From Glaucostegus cemiculus (lineage: Eukaryota), in NCBI GenBank assembly GCA_976551045.1, contig CDPCPM010000180.1, positions 8,866,001 through 8,930,000 on the forward strand: a DNA stretch of 64,000 nucleotides. Direction: 5' to 3'. The notes under the pieces were generated by a model. It saw only the letters and a program-made list of their open reading frames with translations. It did no database searches and was not told where the DNA came from. The position numbers and the translations under genes were made by a program. Below are positions 33,813 through 46,198 of this stretch, piece by piece; positions within the stretch are counted from its first letter, which is position 1, and the number at the start of each line of letters is the position of its first letter.

Positions 33813-36800
33813 TTGTGCTGTTCAAAATCGTTTTACTTGCTTGACTGGCTATGGATTGTAATAGCAGCTCTAAGTCCTTAAGTGGTGCTGTGCAGCAGCA
33901 AAACAAATACATAGACTTCTTTCAGTTCACCCAGTGCTGGTCACTGCTGGATAGTCCACTCAGTTAATGAAAAGTAACATTCCCTGGGGTTCAAAGGAGA
34001 ATTTCCTGCAGGCCACCAACTAAAAGAGACTCGTGAGCTAATGGGATTCTTTTATTGATTCCCCCAGTCAACGACAAAAGGCTCCTGATGCCATTCAGTC
34101 TAAGAAAAGGGAAAAACAGTGGCTAGCTGTTCTAATAAGTGCATTGTGTAGTCCATCTTTTGGGCTTAAGAGTAGGATCTGCACAAGAATTGCACAGGCA
34201 CGAAACAGTGAAAGGAAAGAACTCTTGAATATTTTTTCTCTTTCCTATGAGTTGCTGATTTTTCTTTCACCATCTGTTGGAAGAGTGCAGTGAATTCTCC
34301 ATGGACTATTGCTCAGGGATAAAATACTCAGTTCTTGATGTTACTTCTGATAGTGTCACACAGTTAAAAGGCAAATGTGTCTCCAAATTTCCATAGGAAT
34401 GTCTGCGTATCCTTTCTACAAATGCAGAAATGGGCATATCAGGTAAATCCTGCCCCTTCCCCTTCCTTTGTGTTGTGCCAATGACTCTTAAGAAATTTTC
34501 CAGGAATTTTGTTGGTCATCAGAGCGGCTGTGAGGTTGGAATTCCACATGTTTGCAGATCAAAGGGAAACCATAGGGGGCTGCTGATGCAGATGGCGGTC
34601 AGGTGAGGGAGTCTTTATTGTCAGGAGTTGTTGACCGATATTGAATTGGAGACTGATAAGGTCCTGAGAGGTGGGGTCTTTAGGTAATTAACCTAATTGG
34701 AATGAGTTTTGTTGGAGGGGTTCCCGGGGGAAGCAGAAGCAGATCCTTCTTCCCCTATCCCCCTATCACCACTCTTTTCCCCCCCCCCCAAAAAAAAATC
34801 ATTCTCAGAAGCCAAATTAAGTAAACCATTTGGATACTAAAGTTGCCCTAACAATAGGACATGACCCCAGCTTTGTTAAAGGAGGAGACCTGGATCTGTC
34901 CTCCAACAATATCCAGCAGGATCAGCCTACTCAAATCAAGGAATGATGTGATTCAAGTGTTGTTTGGAAAGCAACTGATCTGCAAAAGAGAGAGAAGGGC
35001 ATCTAGGGCCATAAGCAACTGATTTGTAAGAGAAATTAGGAAATTCTGGAACACCCTCAGAAAGCTCAATGAATTTAATACTTTGGTCAACTGGGATTGG
35101 GAATTTTAATTATTTTAACACTGGCATTGCTGGCCTGACCATTCACGGTTACTCCTGAAAACATGGTAGTGATCTGTCTTCTTGACCCCCTCTTGCAGGA
35201 CCGGTGGCGAAGGTACTGTCACACAATGATATTAAAAGGACTTGCAGTGTAGTCAGGTGCATGCAAGTCAGCCTCTGTCGCATTGAATGACAGAACTGGC
35301 ACGATGGGCTGAATGACTGATAATGTCATGCAGGGTTGTTCTCTGTGCTTGGCTTCAGCTAGTAGCTCTGAGCCAGTCAACTGCAGCACAGTGTATGTTT
35401 GCAATGTGCCAGCTCCCTGCCAGTGAAACCTCACCTTTGAAAGACAGCAGCCCTTGTGCCTATGAGCTCAGCAGTCAATCACCTGCATCATCTGTGCCAG
35501 AGTAAAAATGTTGTACTGTGGCCACCGAGGACTGTGCATTGATGATAATATCACATTTAATTATTTTTGTTTTAATTGTCCAAATTGACCTCATCTTTGT
35601 TACTCTGTCCTTAGCACAACATTTATCCCTTAGCATTCTCTATTTAGATCATGAAATTTTTATTTTCACAATGTCTGTGAGGAATTTCTGAGCTGACCAT
35701 TGTGGTCTGGCAAAATTAACATGCACTAATCGCTTGCTGAGATCAATGAAATGTTTCTGGGTAATGAGTACATTCACGAATGTTAATACAACTCCTCCAT
35801 GCACCTTGTATGCAATAATCCCTCCAGGTGACTCTCCAGCCTTATTGATACCATTCCAAATAAGAAAAAAACAAAAATCGATTGCAATTATACCAAAATG
35901 GCAGTAAAGGGTTTCAGAGATAATTGCAAATCTTATGTTAATATTTAATTTTTGAACAAGGCCAACAACAAGATAATTTTAGTGGTGCACCTCTTAATGC
36001 AGAGGTCATTTCTGATCTTACTTTAAAACTAGAAATGTATGTTTTATATTTTACACTTTCTCATGAAGATGCAAGTAATTGTCCAGAGTGGTATATTTTC
36101 CCATCTAGTGTAGAATAGGGATAATCTGTAACAATACTGCTGTTGGTTTATATCACCGCATAAGCAATTGTGCTCTGAATTTGTATTTCAAGTGCACTCT
36201 CTTTTTCCTTCCAAACAATTTAGAACATATGTACATCATACAGAACAATCACACAGGCAGATTGCAAAGATCTGAGGCAATCTCCTATTTGGCAAAATTT
36301 TTAGACTTTGCCAACATACTGTTTATTTGTTTCTGCTCAGTTTACCAAGCAATTTGTCGCCTGTTCTTGTGGTTTCTTCCAGGTCGTTGAAGTTAAAAGT
36401 TGAGGTTCCTTCCACGATGCTCTCCTGTTTCCTTCAGGAGAATTGACGTAAACTTCCATGATTGAAATAAAATAGCCAGTGATCTACAGGGTAGCGTTCA
36501 ATGCTAACAACCTGATAGATTGTCACCTGGGCATCTCACTTCCAGCAGAGATTGCTGCCACAGTTTAGTGGAATCCATCTGTTAAGAAGGAGATCTGAAG
36601 ACTAATGAAAGGATGCAAAGCCATTGAATGAGTGATGATGTTCCCAGGGCTGACTGCTGTCATTGAGTTGGATGGGAGCACTGGTAGAAAAACTACTCAG
36701 CGGGTTATAGTAAGATGGGAAGGTTCAGGTATTTTTGTACAGCGAGTTCCCATTAAGTCCTACTGTTGAGCTAGATTGGTCAAAAAATCACCAGCAGTGC

Positions 36801-36990
36801 TGAAATTTGTGATGCATATATGCTTTCTGTCTAATTAGATCTCAAATCTTGACCTTTCAGTTGACTAATGACTAGCTAGTCATTAGCTTGCTCAGATTAG
36901 GTGCTTAGCTTGCAGATGAGGGCAGATAATGGTCCTGTCAGCATTCCAGGTTCAACTGTGATATGGGAATGGAAAGTTAGGGTAGACCCC

Positions 36991-37177
36991 ATATACACAA
37001 AATACTGGAGGAACTCAGCAGGTCAAGCAGCATCTATGGAGGGAAATAAACAGTCGACATCTCAGGTCGAGACCCTTTATCAGGACTGGGTGACCAGTCT
37101 GAATGACCTGCAGAGTTCCTCCAGCATTTTGTGTGTATTGCTCCAGATTCCAGCATCTGCGGAATCTCTTGTGTCTC
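36991..37177. mobile_element. Penelope-derived palindromic repeat with hammerhead relic
   Basis: tacacaaaatactggaggaactc-gcaggtca / tgacctgc-gagttcctccagcattttgtgtgta arms. Confidence 0.85.
37051..37088 (-). ncRNA. degenerate minimal type I hammerhead ribozyme motif
   Basis: Minus strand CAGTC-CTGATAA-AGGGTCTCGACCT-GAGA-T-GTC-GACTG. Stem I (CAGTC/GACTG) and stem II are intact; the core differs from CUGAUGA/GAAA at two positions. Confidence 0.6.
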
Positions 37178-37690
37178 GAGTGGAACCCAGCCCTTGGCAG
37201 CAAATTTGTTAATTGGTTTCCTTCACTTTGTCAGGTCCACATTTGATTTTCTTGGTGATTAACTGGTTGGCCTGGCTCACCAACAGGACCAAATGGGAAC
37301 ACTCTTTATAAAATGTTCTCCAATTCTTCCCAATGACTGCTTGTTCTGCTTGTTGGATATACAAAGCAGCTTTTCATCCAACTCAGTTGCTGCAGAAATA
37401 CCACAGTAGCAATGGTTAAAAAGAACCTTGTTAACTGGGATGCACTGCAGGAAGGCATGAGGGCATGAAAGAGGTTGTGTAATTTCATAGTCTCTCTCTC
37501 TCTTTTTCTTCCCTCACCGTGCATCACACCTCGACTAATCCAAAATTAAAATTTCTGTCAAGTCTAAAGTGAAGAGAGTTGGTCAATATCCAGGTCAAAG
37601 ATATTTACTTAATCTGTTACAATGTGATTAGGTTGGTGGGATTATGAACCAAAAGTAATTAAAAATAATTGTTGCCCCTTTTTTTATCAG

Positions 37691-37848
37691 CTACAGGAGT
37701 CAAATACAGACAGGCCTTTGATTGACACATCTCCTGTTCTGAAAAAACTGACAGATTTTGAAGAGACAATTGGAGTGAATTTTATCCACATCCGTCTCCT
37801 GGCTCGAGCCTTCACTTTGCGCACTGTTGGATTTAATCATCTAACGCT
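37691..37848 (+). CDS. DROSHA: DROSHA exon 11: LQESNTDRPLIDTSPVLKKLTDFEETIGVNFIHIRLLARAFTLRTVGFNHLT(L)
   Basis: ttttatcag|CTA ... ACG CT|gtgagt; 158 nt. Confidence 0.98.
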
Positions 37849-40309
37849 GTGAGTTGAGTGAATTCTGTTCCATCTCTACAATAAGTGCAATAGCTATCTT
37901 AGTGGTGACTGTTGATTTGAATTGAGCTTCTATATTTTCCAATTTTACATTCTCATTCAAAGTATTTCTGACAATGAACCTGTTCTGAACTCTGCTTCCT
38001 GTCAAAAAATTAGGTAATTTAAGCAGAACTCAAAGATCATTCTTCTCCACCCCCTCCCCCCTGCAGGCGCGTGCTCAGCCCTCTCCACCTTTCTCTTGCC
38101 TGACCACATGCTCAGTCTTTCTCTCCCCCCAGCCCACCCCCTTCCCCCACATGTTTGTAGATTGAGAACTTAGAAATGGAACAAATACACTCACTAATCC
38201 TGTAATGAATTTCTCCTCTCCCTCACCGTGTGTGTTCACAGATCTCTCTGCAAGGGTAGTGAGTTAGTTTGGCAATGCCTCATTGATTTCACCGGTCTAT
38301 TGAGTTCTCAGACTTGGTCGTCCTCTTTTCCAAGCTTTAACCCTTAAATCTGAATGTTTCCATTGATCAGCACTGACTGACACATTCAACAGCTTAACTG
38401 GCGATAACGTGCACTTAAAGGTTTGCTGAATTTAGAGAGAAGACCATGGAAGTGAAACTAATAGAATGGCTCTGCCAAAGAACCGACGGAGGCACAATGG
38501 GCCAACTAGTCTCTTTCCACACTGCATCTCCTTGATTCTTTGCAGTCTGTTCAAAATAGTACAGTTTATCTATCGATACGGTTTCAGATCACCGGTCATT
38601 CATTCTGAGAGGTCCATGGTCTAGATATGGAATAAGAAATGTTCAGCATTTTCAGTTGCCATCAGGTAGATCTGTTCATCTTGACCACTTCGTAACTGGA
38701 ATTTACATCAGTAGAACCCTTGGATTGACTTTTTCCTCATTGGGAAAGTTGCTTTTACATCTTTTCTCTGTACGCCCAGATCCCCTTGATAATAATTTTT
38801 AAAAAGTACTATCTCTAAGTAGATGTTGATGATTGTGTAACAATCCTGTCACTCAGCTTTGGTGACCAAACTGTCAGAAAGTATTAAATTAATATTATCC
38901 TCATCAATTTTTATGTAACTATCCTCCAGTGACTATTTTTATGCAGTAATAATCTTGCTTTTGTTGGACAATGTCACAGTAGTTTCTTCCTCCTCTGTCC
39001 TTTAAATATTTGCTGTTTTCTGAGTAAACTGACTTTGTAGTAGATAGTTTTCAGTGAGTGATGCTCCAAACCACCTCTTAGTAACTATTTGATGAAATGC
39101 TATTTAAAAAGAAATCCCATGTTTTGCAACAAGTGCTTACAACAGTGGTAACAGTTCACACTGCAGTAGTTATGTAGATGGGAAGGGGGGGTGAAATTCT
39201 TTCCCCTGATTCTCTCCCACCCCACCTGCCCTTTTCTTTGCTGTGATTTGCACCACTGGCAGCTCCAATGTTTGTTAACTTCAGTCCAGAATTATTAAGC
39301 AATGAGTAAATGCAAGAGATGGCGTGTGCATATTTATTTGGAAAAATCAATTCAGTTTATGGTTTGGATCCATTAGAAAATATATTTTCTGTATCTCAGT
39401 AATTCTACTGAAATCAGTAATAAATCATTCAGAGCTATCATACATAATCCTGATGACAGATGCCGACTGTTTATTTTACTGTCAAATAGTCTTAATAGCA
39501 TCAAAATGAATTCAAAAATTCTACTGATTTTTGTATGTGGCGGCAGTTGAGTATCATTCTAAACAGATTGATGAATGTTTTTCTCTGGGAATTATGGTTT
39601 GATGCATTAATAATACAGAACTAAAAAGGATCCATTTCCTTGTCTGAAGGGTTTGAGTGAGATTGTCTGTCGAGGCTGAGATTTGATGTCAATGACTTTG
39701 AATAGCTTTTCCTTGAAATAACAAGCTATAGCTGCCTCGTTAGAGAAAGGCGTGCCCTCTCCCACAAAGCATGTCTCCTCTGTGAGATATTTGTGTGCAG
39801 TTTAATGTCCCTTTCTCCCATTGAAAGGTGAAGACTGGAAGTCGGTTTCAGTCAGAGGTGAGGGGGTGGGTGGGTGTTTCAGAAAGAACAAAACATCCGT
39901 GGTGAGAAAGTGCACTTCCAAGTGAACTTGGAATTAAGCCTTTATTCTAACTGTGCTTTATGCTAACTGTGGCTCCAGTTTGAAATGTGAAACATTGGTG
40001 AAGTCAACTCTGACTTGCAAGTAATTCTCACCACACTGTCTTGGAAGTGACTGAACCTACACACAGTGTTGGATCTTTCTTAATTGGCGGCTGTGTGCTT
40101 AGTTTCCGTGCTTTGTTTGTGCTCACTGATTTGTACTACAGAGCTGATCTCTCATGCGTGTTATAAGCATTCAGTTCACCCTGACTTAACTCTGCAGAAA
40201 TGATGCAGCTGGTTATGTCTCAATCTGCAGTGCTTTCCTTTAGCTGCAGCACTGCCTCTTTAAGGCTTGTATTTTGATATTTTAGCACGTTAAATAAAAA
40301 GAGTCACAG

Positions 40310-40665
40310 CAAGAGTCCAGGACTAGAGGGCACAACCTTAGAATTAGAGGAAGCAGGGTCAAAACAGAGATAAGGAGGAATTTCTTTAGCCAGAGGCTGG
40401 TGAACCTGTGGAACTCCTTACCACAGAAAGCAGTGGAGGCCAGATCATTGGGGATATTCAAGAAGGAAATAGATAGATATCTAATTGGTCGAGGTATCAA
40501 GGGATATGGAGATAAGACAGGAATTTGGAGTTAGAATAGGTTTTTTTCCTCATTCTTTTTCATCCTCTTTTCCCACCTTTTTTCCCCACCCTCCCTTCCC
40601 TTTGGAGCAGACTCGATGGGCCGAGCGGCCTGCTTCTGCTCCATTATCTTGTGATCTTGTGAAGA
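40310..40665 (+). mobile_element. CR1 LINE 3' fragment
   Basis: ESRTRGHNLRIRG...RRNFFSQRLVNLWNSLP; tail gatgggccgagcggcctgcttctgctcc followed by (tcttgtga)n. Confidence 0.85.
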
Positions 40666-40744
40666 TCCATGAGATTCAACAGGTTAAAACCCCATTTCTG
40701 TAACTTGTGCCTAAAAATCTATGTTAATGCTCCAGTGGAGGACA

Positions 40745-41052
40745 GATGAGACGTTAAATTGAGGCCCATCTGCTCTCTCCCAGGTGGATGTGAGAGGTCC
40801 ATTGGCACTTATAAAGAACAGGGATGTTCTTCACGATAACCCCCCCCCCCCCCCCTTAATTACCCCTCAACCAATATCACAAAAACAATTTACCTGATCA
40901 TTAGCACATTAATATTTTGTGGAAGCTTGTTATGTATAAATTAGCTACAGTATTTCTTACTTTGCAACAATGACTTTAAAAGTGCATCGTCAGCCATAAA
41001 ATATTTTAAGATTCCATGAACTGAATGTAAAGGCACTATATGAATATAAGTC
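40745..41052 (+). mobile_element. Deu-domain SINE (SacSINE1/AmnSINE1-like)
   Basis: gatgagacgttaaattgaggccc..caggtggatgtg..ggcactt..aagaacagggatgttct resembles the Deu domain; tail aaaggcactatatgaatataag. Confidence 0.65.
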
Positions 41053-41065
41053 TGTATGAATATGA

Positions 41066-41288
41066 GGCAGCACGGTAATGTAGCGGTTAGTGTAACGCTA
41101 TTACAGCGCCAGCATTTGGGGTTCAATTCCTGCCACTGACTGTAAAGAGGTTGTACGTTCTCCCCATGACCACGTGGGTTTCCTGCAGGTTCTCCGGTTT
41201 CCTCCCACATTCCAAAGACGTATGGGTTAGTAGGTTAACGTTGGTGTAATTGGGCGGCGGGGGCTGGTTGGGTTGGAAGGGCCTGTAG
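41066..41288 (+). mobile_element. V-SINE (HE1-like), CR1-like tail subfamily
   Basis: Same head and V-domain as 30098, but the tail is gttagtaggttaa..tgggcggcg..ttggg..ggaagggcctgt. Confidence 0.85.
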
Positions 41289-41748
41289 TTGTGTGATATA
41301 AATAAAGTTTTAAAGTTTTCAATCTATAGTATGGCGTTTGTTAAATGCTTTTCTGTAATTTGTATTGTCACAGGTTTCATAGTAGCACTATGCATAAACT
41401 CTTATAAAGTTTTCAATCTTAGATGTGTCATAAAGTTCTTCAGGGGGCTCTTAATCTTTGAAGTTGTGTGCTCTGTTCATTTGCAGGAATGTCGGATTAA
41501 GTAAAATAAATTGAACTTTATGAATAGAGCTGTACAACACAAGATTCTGCTTTAATGGATAAGGTCAGGGATGTAAAGAACAGACTTTGGATGGTTATGA
41601 AGCTAGTCAACAGTCATTTTTAATCGTGTCCAAAAAGCTCTTTGGTCCATGTAATTACAGAGACCCAACATAATTTGAGTGCTTTTCAATTTAATTTGTT
41701 GTTTGCTTAGCACTCATTGATTTTCGCAGTATTGATTTTTTTTTGCAG

Positions 41749-41854
41749 GGGTCACAATCAGAGGATGGAATTCCTTGGAGACTCTATAATGCAATTGGTA
41801 GCTACTGAATACTTATTCATACACTTCCCAGACCACCACGAGGGCCACTTAACG
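41749..41854 (+). CDS. DROSHA: DROSHA exon 12: (L)GHNQRMEFLGDSIMQLVATEYLFIHFPDHHEGHLT, RIIIDb signature
   Basis: ttttgcag|G GGT ... TTA ACG|gtgaga; 106 nt. Confidence 0.98.
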
Positions 41855-42984
41855 GTGAGACACACACAAGCCATTATTAGTTAAATTAATATCTTATTAG
41901 GAGCTGAGCATTGTGCCAGGCAGCTGTATTTTTAACATCCTTGGCATAAAATAACAATTTCTATCTATTCGGATCTCGGTGCTGTCATAGCTCATCTCAC
42001 TTTTTACAGCATGTAAATATTTTGTAAATATTCTTCTAAAATATGTCAATAAAAATATTTGTAATAAAATGTAAAATTTTAATATAAAGCATATTTTAAA
42101 AATCTTACATTGGTGATCACTTCCATTTACTTTATTTGCATTTCCTCTTTTGCCACACTTTTAGTATTTCAATTGTCAGGTCTTAACCTGTGTTTTGTTT
42201 TGTTTTTAATGGAAATTTCTTACTTGAACTTCTTGCCCTACCACTGGCCTCTCCCACCAGTGATGGCGGAGTCCTGCGTCTGTCCCACTTTCCCTGCCCT
42301 CTCTGTTTTTTGTTCTACAGAGATCGCTGGGCCTTAATGATTCTAATTCTTTGCTTTTGACATTGTCCATAGTTTTGTTGTTCAGTTTTCAGCAAAGTAC
42401 AATGAAAAGGATCGATATAAAAGTTAATTACTGGCTGAATGGTTATAAATAAAAAGGTGCATTATATCTCAGACATTTGTTTATTTATCCACCACCAGCT
42501 TGCACCAAAACTACAATGGATCTTGACTACCCATGTATAAAACCAGAGAGTATGACTTGTTTTTAACCGGCATCCATGAGTTTGCAATCTCACTATATCC
42601 CCAGTCATTTGAAATAAATGCGGTGCTTGTAGTTATTTTTTTTAGATTTCCTTTATATTTTGTTTATCAGTCAGCTTTCTTTCCCACCCTTTGTTTTGCT
42701 CTCCACTCCTGATTTGACAAGAAATTTGTCTGTTCTGAACATTTTCTGATTCAGACTCTGCTCACTTCACAGTCAAGCTGCTGTGCACGTTCGGGGGCAA
42801 TTTGACAGGTCCTCGTCCTGGGTAGTGGAGGTTGTGGGTTTGTTGCTGGAGCCTTGGCAAGTTGCGGCAGTGCATCTTGGCGATGGTACAGACAGAAGCC
42901 ATGACGAATGTTCAGAGTGGTTTCATTCCCTTGGGCTACTTTGTACCAGAGCCACGGTAGTCTTGCTAAAAAAAATCTGAAGGA

Positions 42985-43275
42985 AAGGTCAGAAATGCTG
43001 GATGCAGTCAGCAGGTCACTGACCTGAAACTTGAACTCTGTTTCTCTGTCCAGACATACTATCAAACCCACCCGTTGTTTTCCAGGATTTTTCACTCCTC
43101 CATGAGAAATGACATGATGCATGAGGAACTGCTGCCATTTAGAAAATGTTAAGAGAAGAATGTTTTGATGAAAGGATATCAATCTGAAACGTTAACCCTT
43201 TCTGTCTCCACAGATGCTGCCGGACTTGCTCAGTACTTCCAGCATTTCCTGTTCTATTTCACACATCTAGTGTTT
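42985..43275. mobile_element. two Penelope-derived terminal fragments
   Basis: aaatgctggatgcagtcagcaggtca...; ttgatgaaaggatatcaatctgaaacgttaac...ctccacagatgctgcc..acttgctcagtacttccagcattt. Confidence 0.65.
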
Positions 43276-43343
43276 TGTTTTACTTTACTAGTAGGAAGGA
43301 AGTGGTTGTGATAGTGTTTCTGCTGGGATTGTTGTCTTTGCAG

Positions 43344-43485
43344 TTGTTACGAAGTTCCCTGGTCAACAACCGCACACAAGCCAAAGTGGCAGAAGAACTG
43401 GGTATGCAAGACTTTGCTATCACAAACGACAAAACCAAAAGACCTGTAGCACTCCGAACCAAGACCCTTGCTGACCTTTTAGAAT
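43344..43485 (+). CDS. DROSHA: DROSHA exon 13: LLRSSLVNNRTQAKVAEELGMQDFAITNDKTKRPVALRTKTLADLLE(S)
   Basis: ctttgcag|TTG ... GAA T|gtgagt; 142 nt; RIIIDb catalytic DLLE motif. Confidence 0.98.
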
Positions 43486-43721
43486 GTGAGTGATTCCATC
43501 ATGTTATATAATCATAACACTACTTTCTGATCCTATGCAAATTGGTTGTTTTATATACTAAAGGCTTTATTTTCATTTCATTTCATTTAAATGTTAGTTG
43601 TGGCTCCGTGGAGAACTCTTCCACCTCTGTGTTGGAAGGATGGATTTGCCTCCTCCTCCAGAGCACAAGAATCAAGGCTGATTTTCCATTGCTCTGCTGC
43701 TGGAAGTGCCATCTTTCATTT

Positions 43722-43995
43722 AAGATGTTAAACTCAGACCCATTCTGCCTCTCAGGAGGTGGATGTGAAAGACCGCATGACAGCATTTTGAAGAAGAGCA
43801 GTGGGGATATCCAGTGCCTGGGCCAACGTTTATCTCTCAGACAAAATCACTGTCAGATTATCTGACTATTGCTGCTTGTGGGAGCTTACTGTGTACTACA
43901 CAAGTTTGCTCCCTCATTTCCTGCATTACAACAATGTCTTTACTTCACTGGCTGCAAAAGTGACATGAAGGGTGCTGTAGAAGTGTTAGGTTTAC
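43722..43995 (+). mobile_element. Deu-domain SINE (SacSINE1/AmnSINE1-like)
   Basis: aagatgttaaactcagaccc..ggtggatgtgaaagaccgcatgacagcattttgaagaagagcag..tgcctgggccaa..ttgtgggagctt. Confidence 0.65.
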
Positions 43996-45800
43996 TTTCT
44001 TTCTGTGTCTCTTTTAACTCATAAATATGTGCTGATTTCTGGAGCTGTGCCCAACTTGTAGAATTATATGCACAGTTATTTGAGATAAATCTTGCAGAAG
44101 GTTGGGTTGTTCACAGAAAAGCAAATGCTTTATGAACCTCTGTCTGCAGTACATGAAAATTATGATGTAAAATATCTACCATCTTCCACTTTAAAGTACA
44201 TTTATGGTCAAATTTTGTTTGATCGTGCTCCTTTGAACTGTCTTCATATGTTTAACACTGTTAAGGGTGCTATATAGATGTTGTTAAATAACCAATTCCA
44301 ATTTTAAAGGAAAGTACTATATCTGATCCAGAGAGGAGATGTAAGGAAATTCTTTTAACACAGCCAGCTCTTGTGATCTTGCTTGCACTGCCTATAAAGG
44401 TGGTGGAAGCAGCTTCATTCATCACTGTCAAAAGAGAATTGGATGCATACTTAGTTGCACAGGAAAAAAAAAACACAGGGCTCTTGCTGTGGAAAGAGTG
44501 CTGTGGGAGTGGGATTAATTGGATCTCTCTCTCTCAAAGCACTGGCACATGCGATGAGATGAGTGGTGCTGTACGATTTTATGACTTCTGCAATACTAAA
44601 GGGGTGTCCTGATGCCATTGCAAGGGCATATTTAGGATGCCACACAAAGATTGTGGAGTTGAAGGGGTGAATGGGATCAGGACGTGGTGAATCGCAAACT
44701 GAAGTGTGGAGGCCAATGATCCCAAGGGAAATCTGGGGACTTGCAGATCCTGATTTATAAATTCCCCATTTCCATGCTTGATGGATGGGGATCTACTCTA
44801 AAGAGCATGTTTGGTTAAAATTTACCTTTTATGCTGGAGAAGAAGTCATTTTTAAACAAAACACTGAACTACATCCCATTGTCATTAAATCCTGGAACTA
44901 AGTATATTGCAGTTAATTGCAGCATTTCAGGACCAGCCTGACATTTCTCATGAGAACTTAATTATTTTACCAAGCTCTGGCTGCTTTGCACGGAGGTCAT
45001 GAAAACCAGCTCAAGGCTTTTTCTTTCACAGTGAACTTTGACATTAAGTCACTTTTCCCTCACCCTTCTCAGTGGTTGACTTGAAGCCCAAATGCAAAAA
45101 AAAAGCCTTAGGTGCAAATGAGTGTTTAGGAAAGTCAGATCAGTGGCAAGTTCTTTGGTTACCAGATGGTGATGCTTTATCCATCTCCTTCTCCAAGAGC
45201 CCTCCAAGGAAGAGAATTTGCGTTTTCCAAATACCATGCAACTACAACATTGACACATGGGGGAATGTCTTTCTCTGGTTGCTGGCACTAGACCGGAGTG
45301 GATATTGACCAGCAGTTGTATTTAACCTGCAGACCAGTCAGTTCTAATGAAGATGATAGAATCATATGCATGGGAGGGAGAAATCATTGTCTGATAAAGA
45401 GTACATGCATTTAATGTTGGCAACCTGCAACCAGTTTAAGCTCCACTGAAGCCCTACTTTCTACCCAACCTGCCAACTCCCATAGCCCCTTCTCCCAACT
45501 CAGTTCCCCAATTCCATACAAGCTATTAAAGTCATGATGCCAGTTACAAGGTCTGGGCTTGGAATAATAGAGGCTCTCATTTTTCACACTGTTAGCAATG
45601 ATCCTGTTGGGCCCAATGTATGCCTCAAGTTCACCTCTCATGAAATCTCTTCACAGTTCCCAATGCCTGCCCCCTATCACTGCCGGCGTCTCCCACAAGG
45701 TGTCAGAAGGCCTCTTTCATTGTTTCCAGATGTCTCTGATTACCAGGGATATGGAGAGATGGTGGAAGCACATTTAAATAATCAACCTGAATATAAAATT

Positions 45801-46198
45801 AATCATAGAATCATAGAAAACCTACAGCACAATTCAGGCCCTTCGGCCCACAAAGCTGTGCCGAACATGTCCCTACCTTAGAAATTACTAGGCTTACCCA
45901 TAGCCCTCTATTTTTCTCAGCTCCATGTACCAATTCAAAAGTCTCTTAAAAGAACCTATCATATCCACTCCCACCCGTTGCCGGCAGCCCATTTCCATGC
46001 ACTCACCACTCTCTGAGTAAAAAAACTTACCCCTGACATCTCCTCTATACCTACTCTCCAGCACCTTGAATCTATGTCACCTTGTGGCCGCCATATCAGC
46101 CCCGGGAAAAAGCCTCTGACTATCTACCTGATCAATGCCTCTCATCATCTTATATACCTCCATCAGGTCTCCCCTCATCCTCCATTGCTCCAAGGAGA
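45801..46198 (-). mobile_element. CR1 LINE 3' fragment
   Basis: (ttctatga)n tail and gggccgaagggcctgaattgtgctgt; MRGDLMEVYKMMRGID on the reverse strand. Confidence 0.88.

Noticed and set aside
34720-34800. G/C homopolymer runs (also near 9133 and 40840) as functional G-quadruplexes
   Set aside because: Simple low-complexity tracts with no supporting context.
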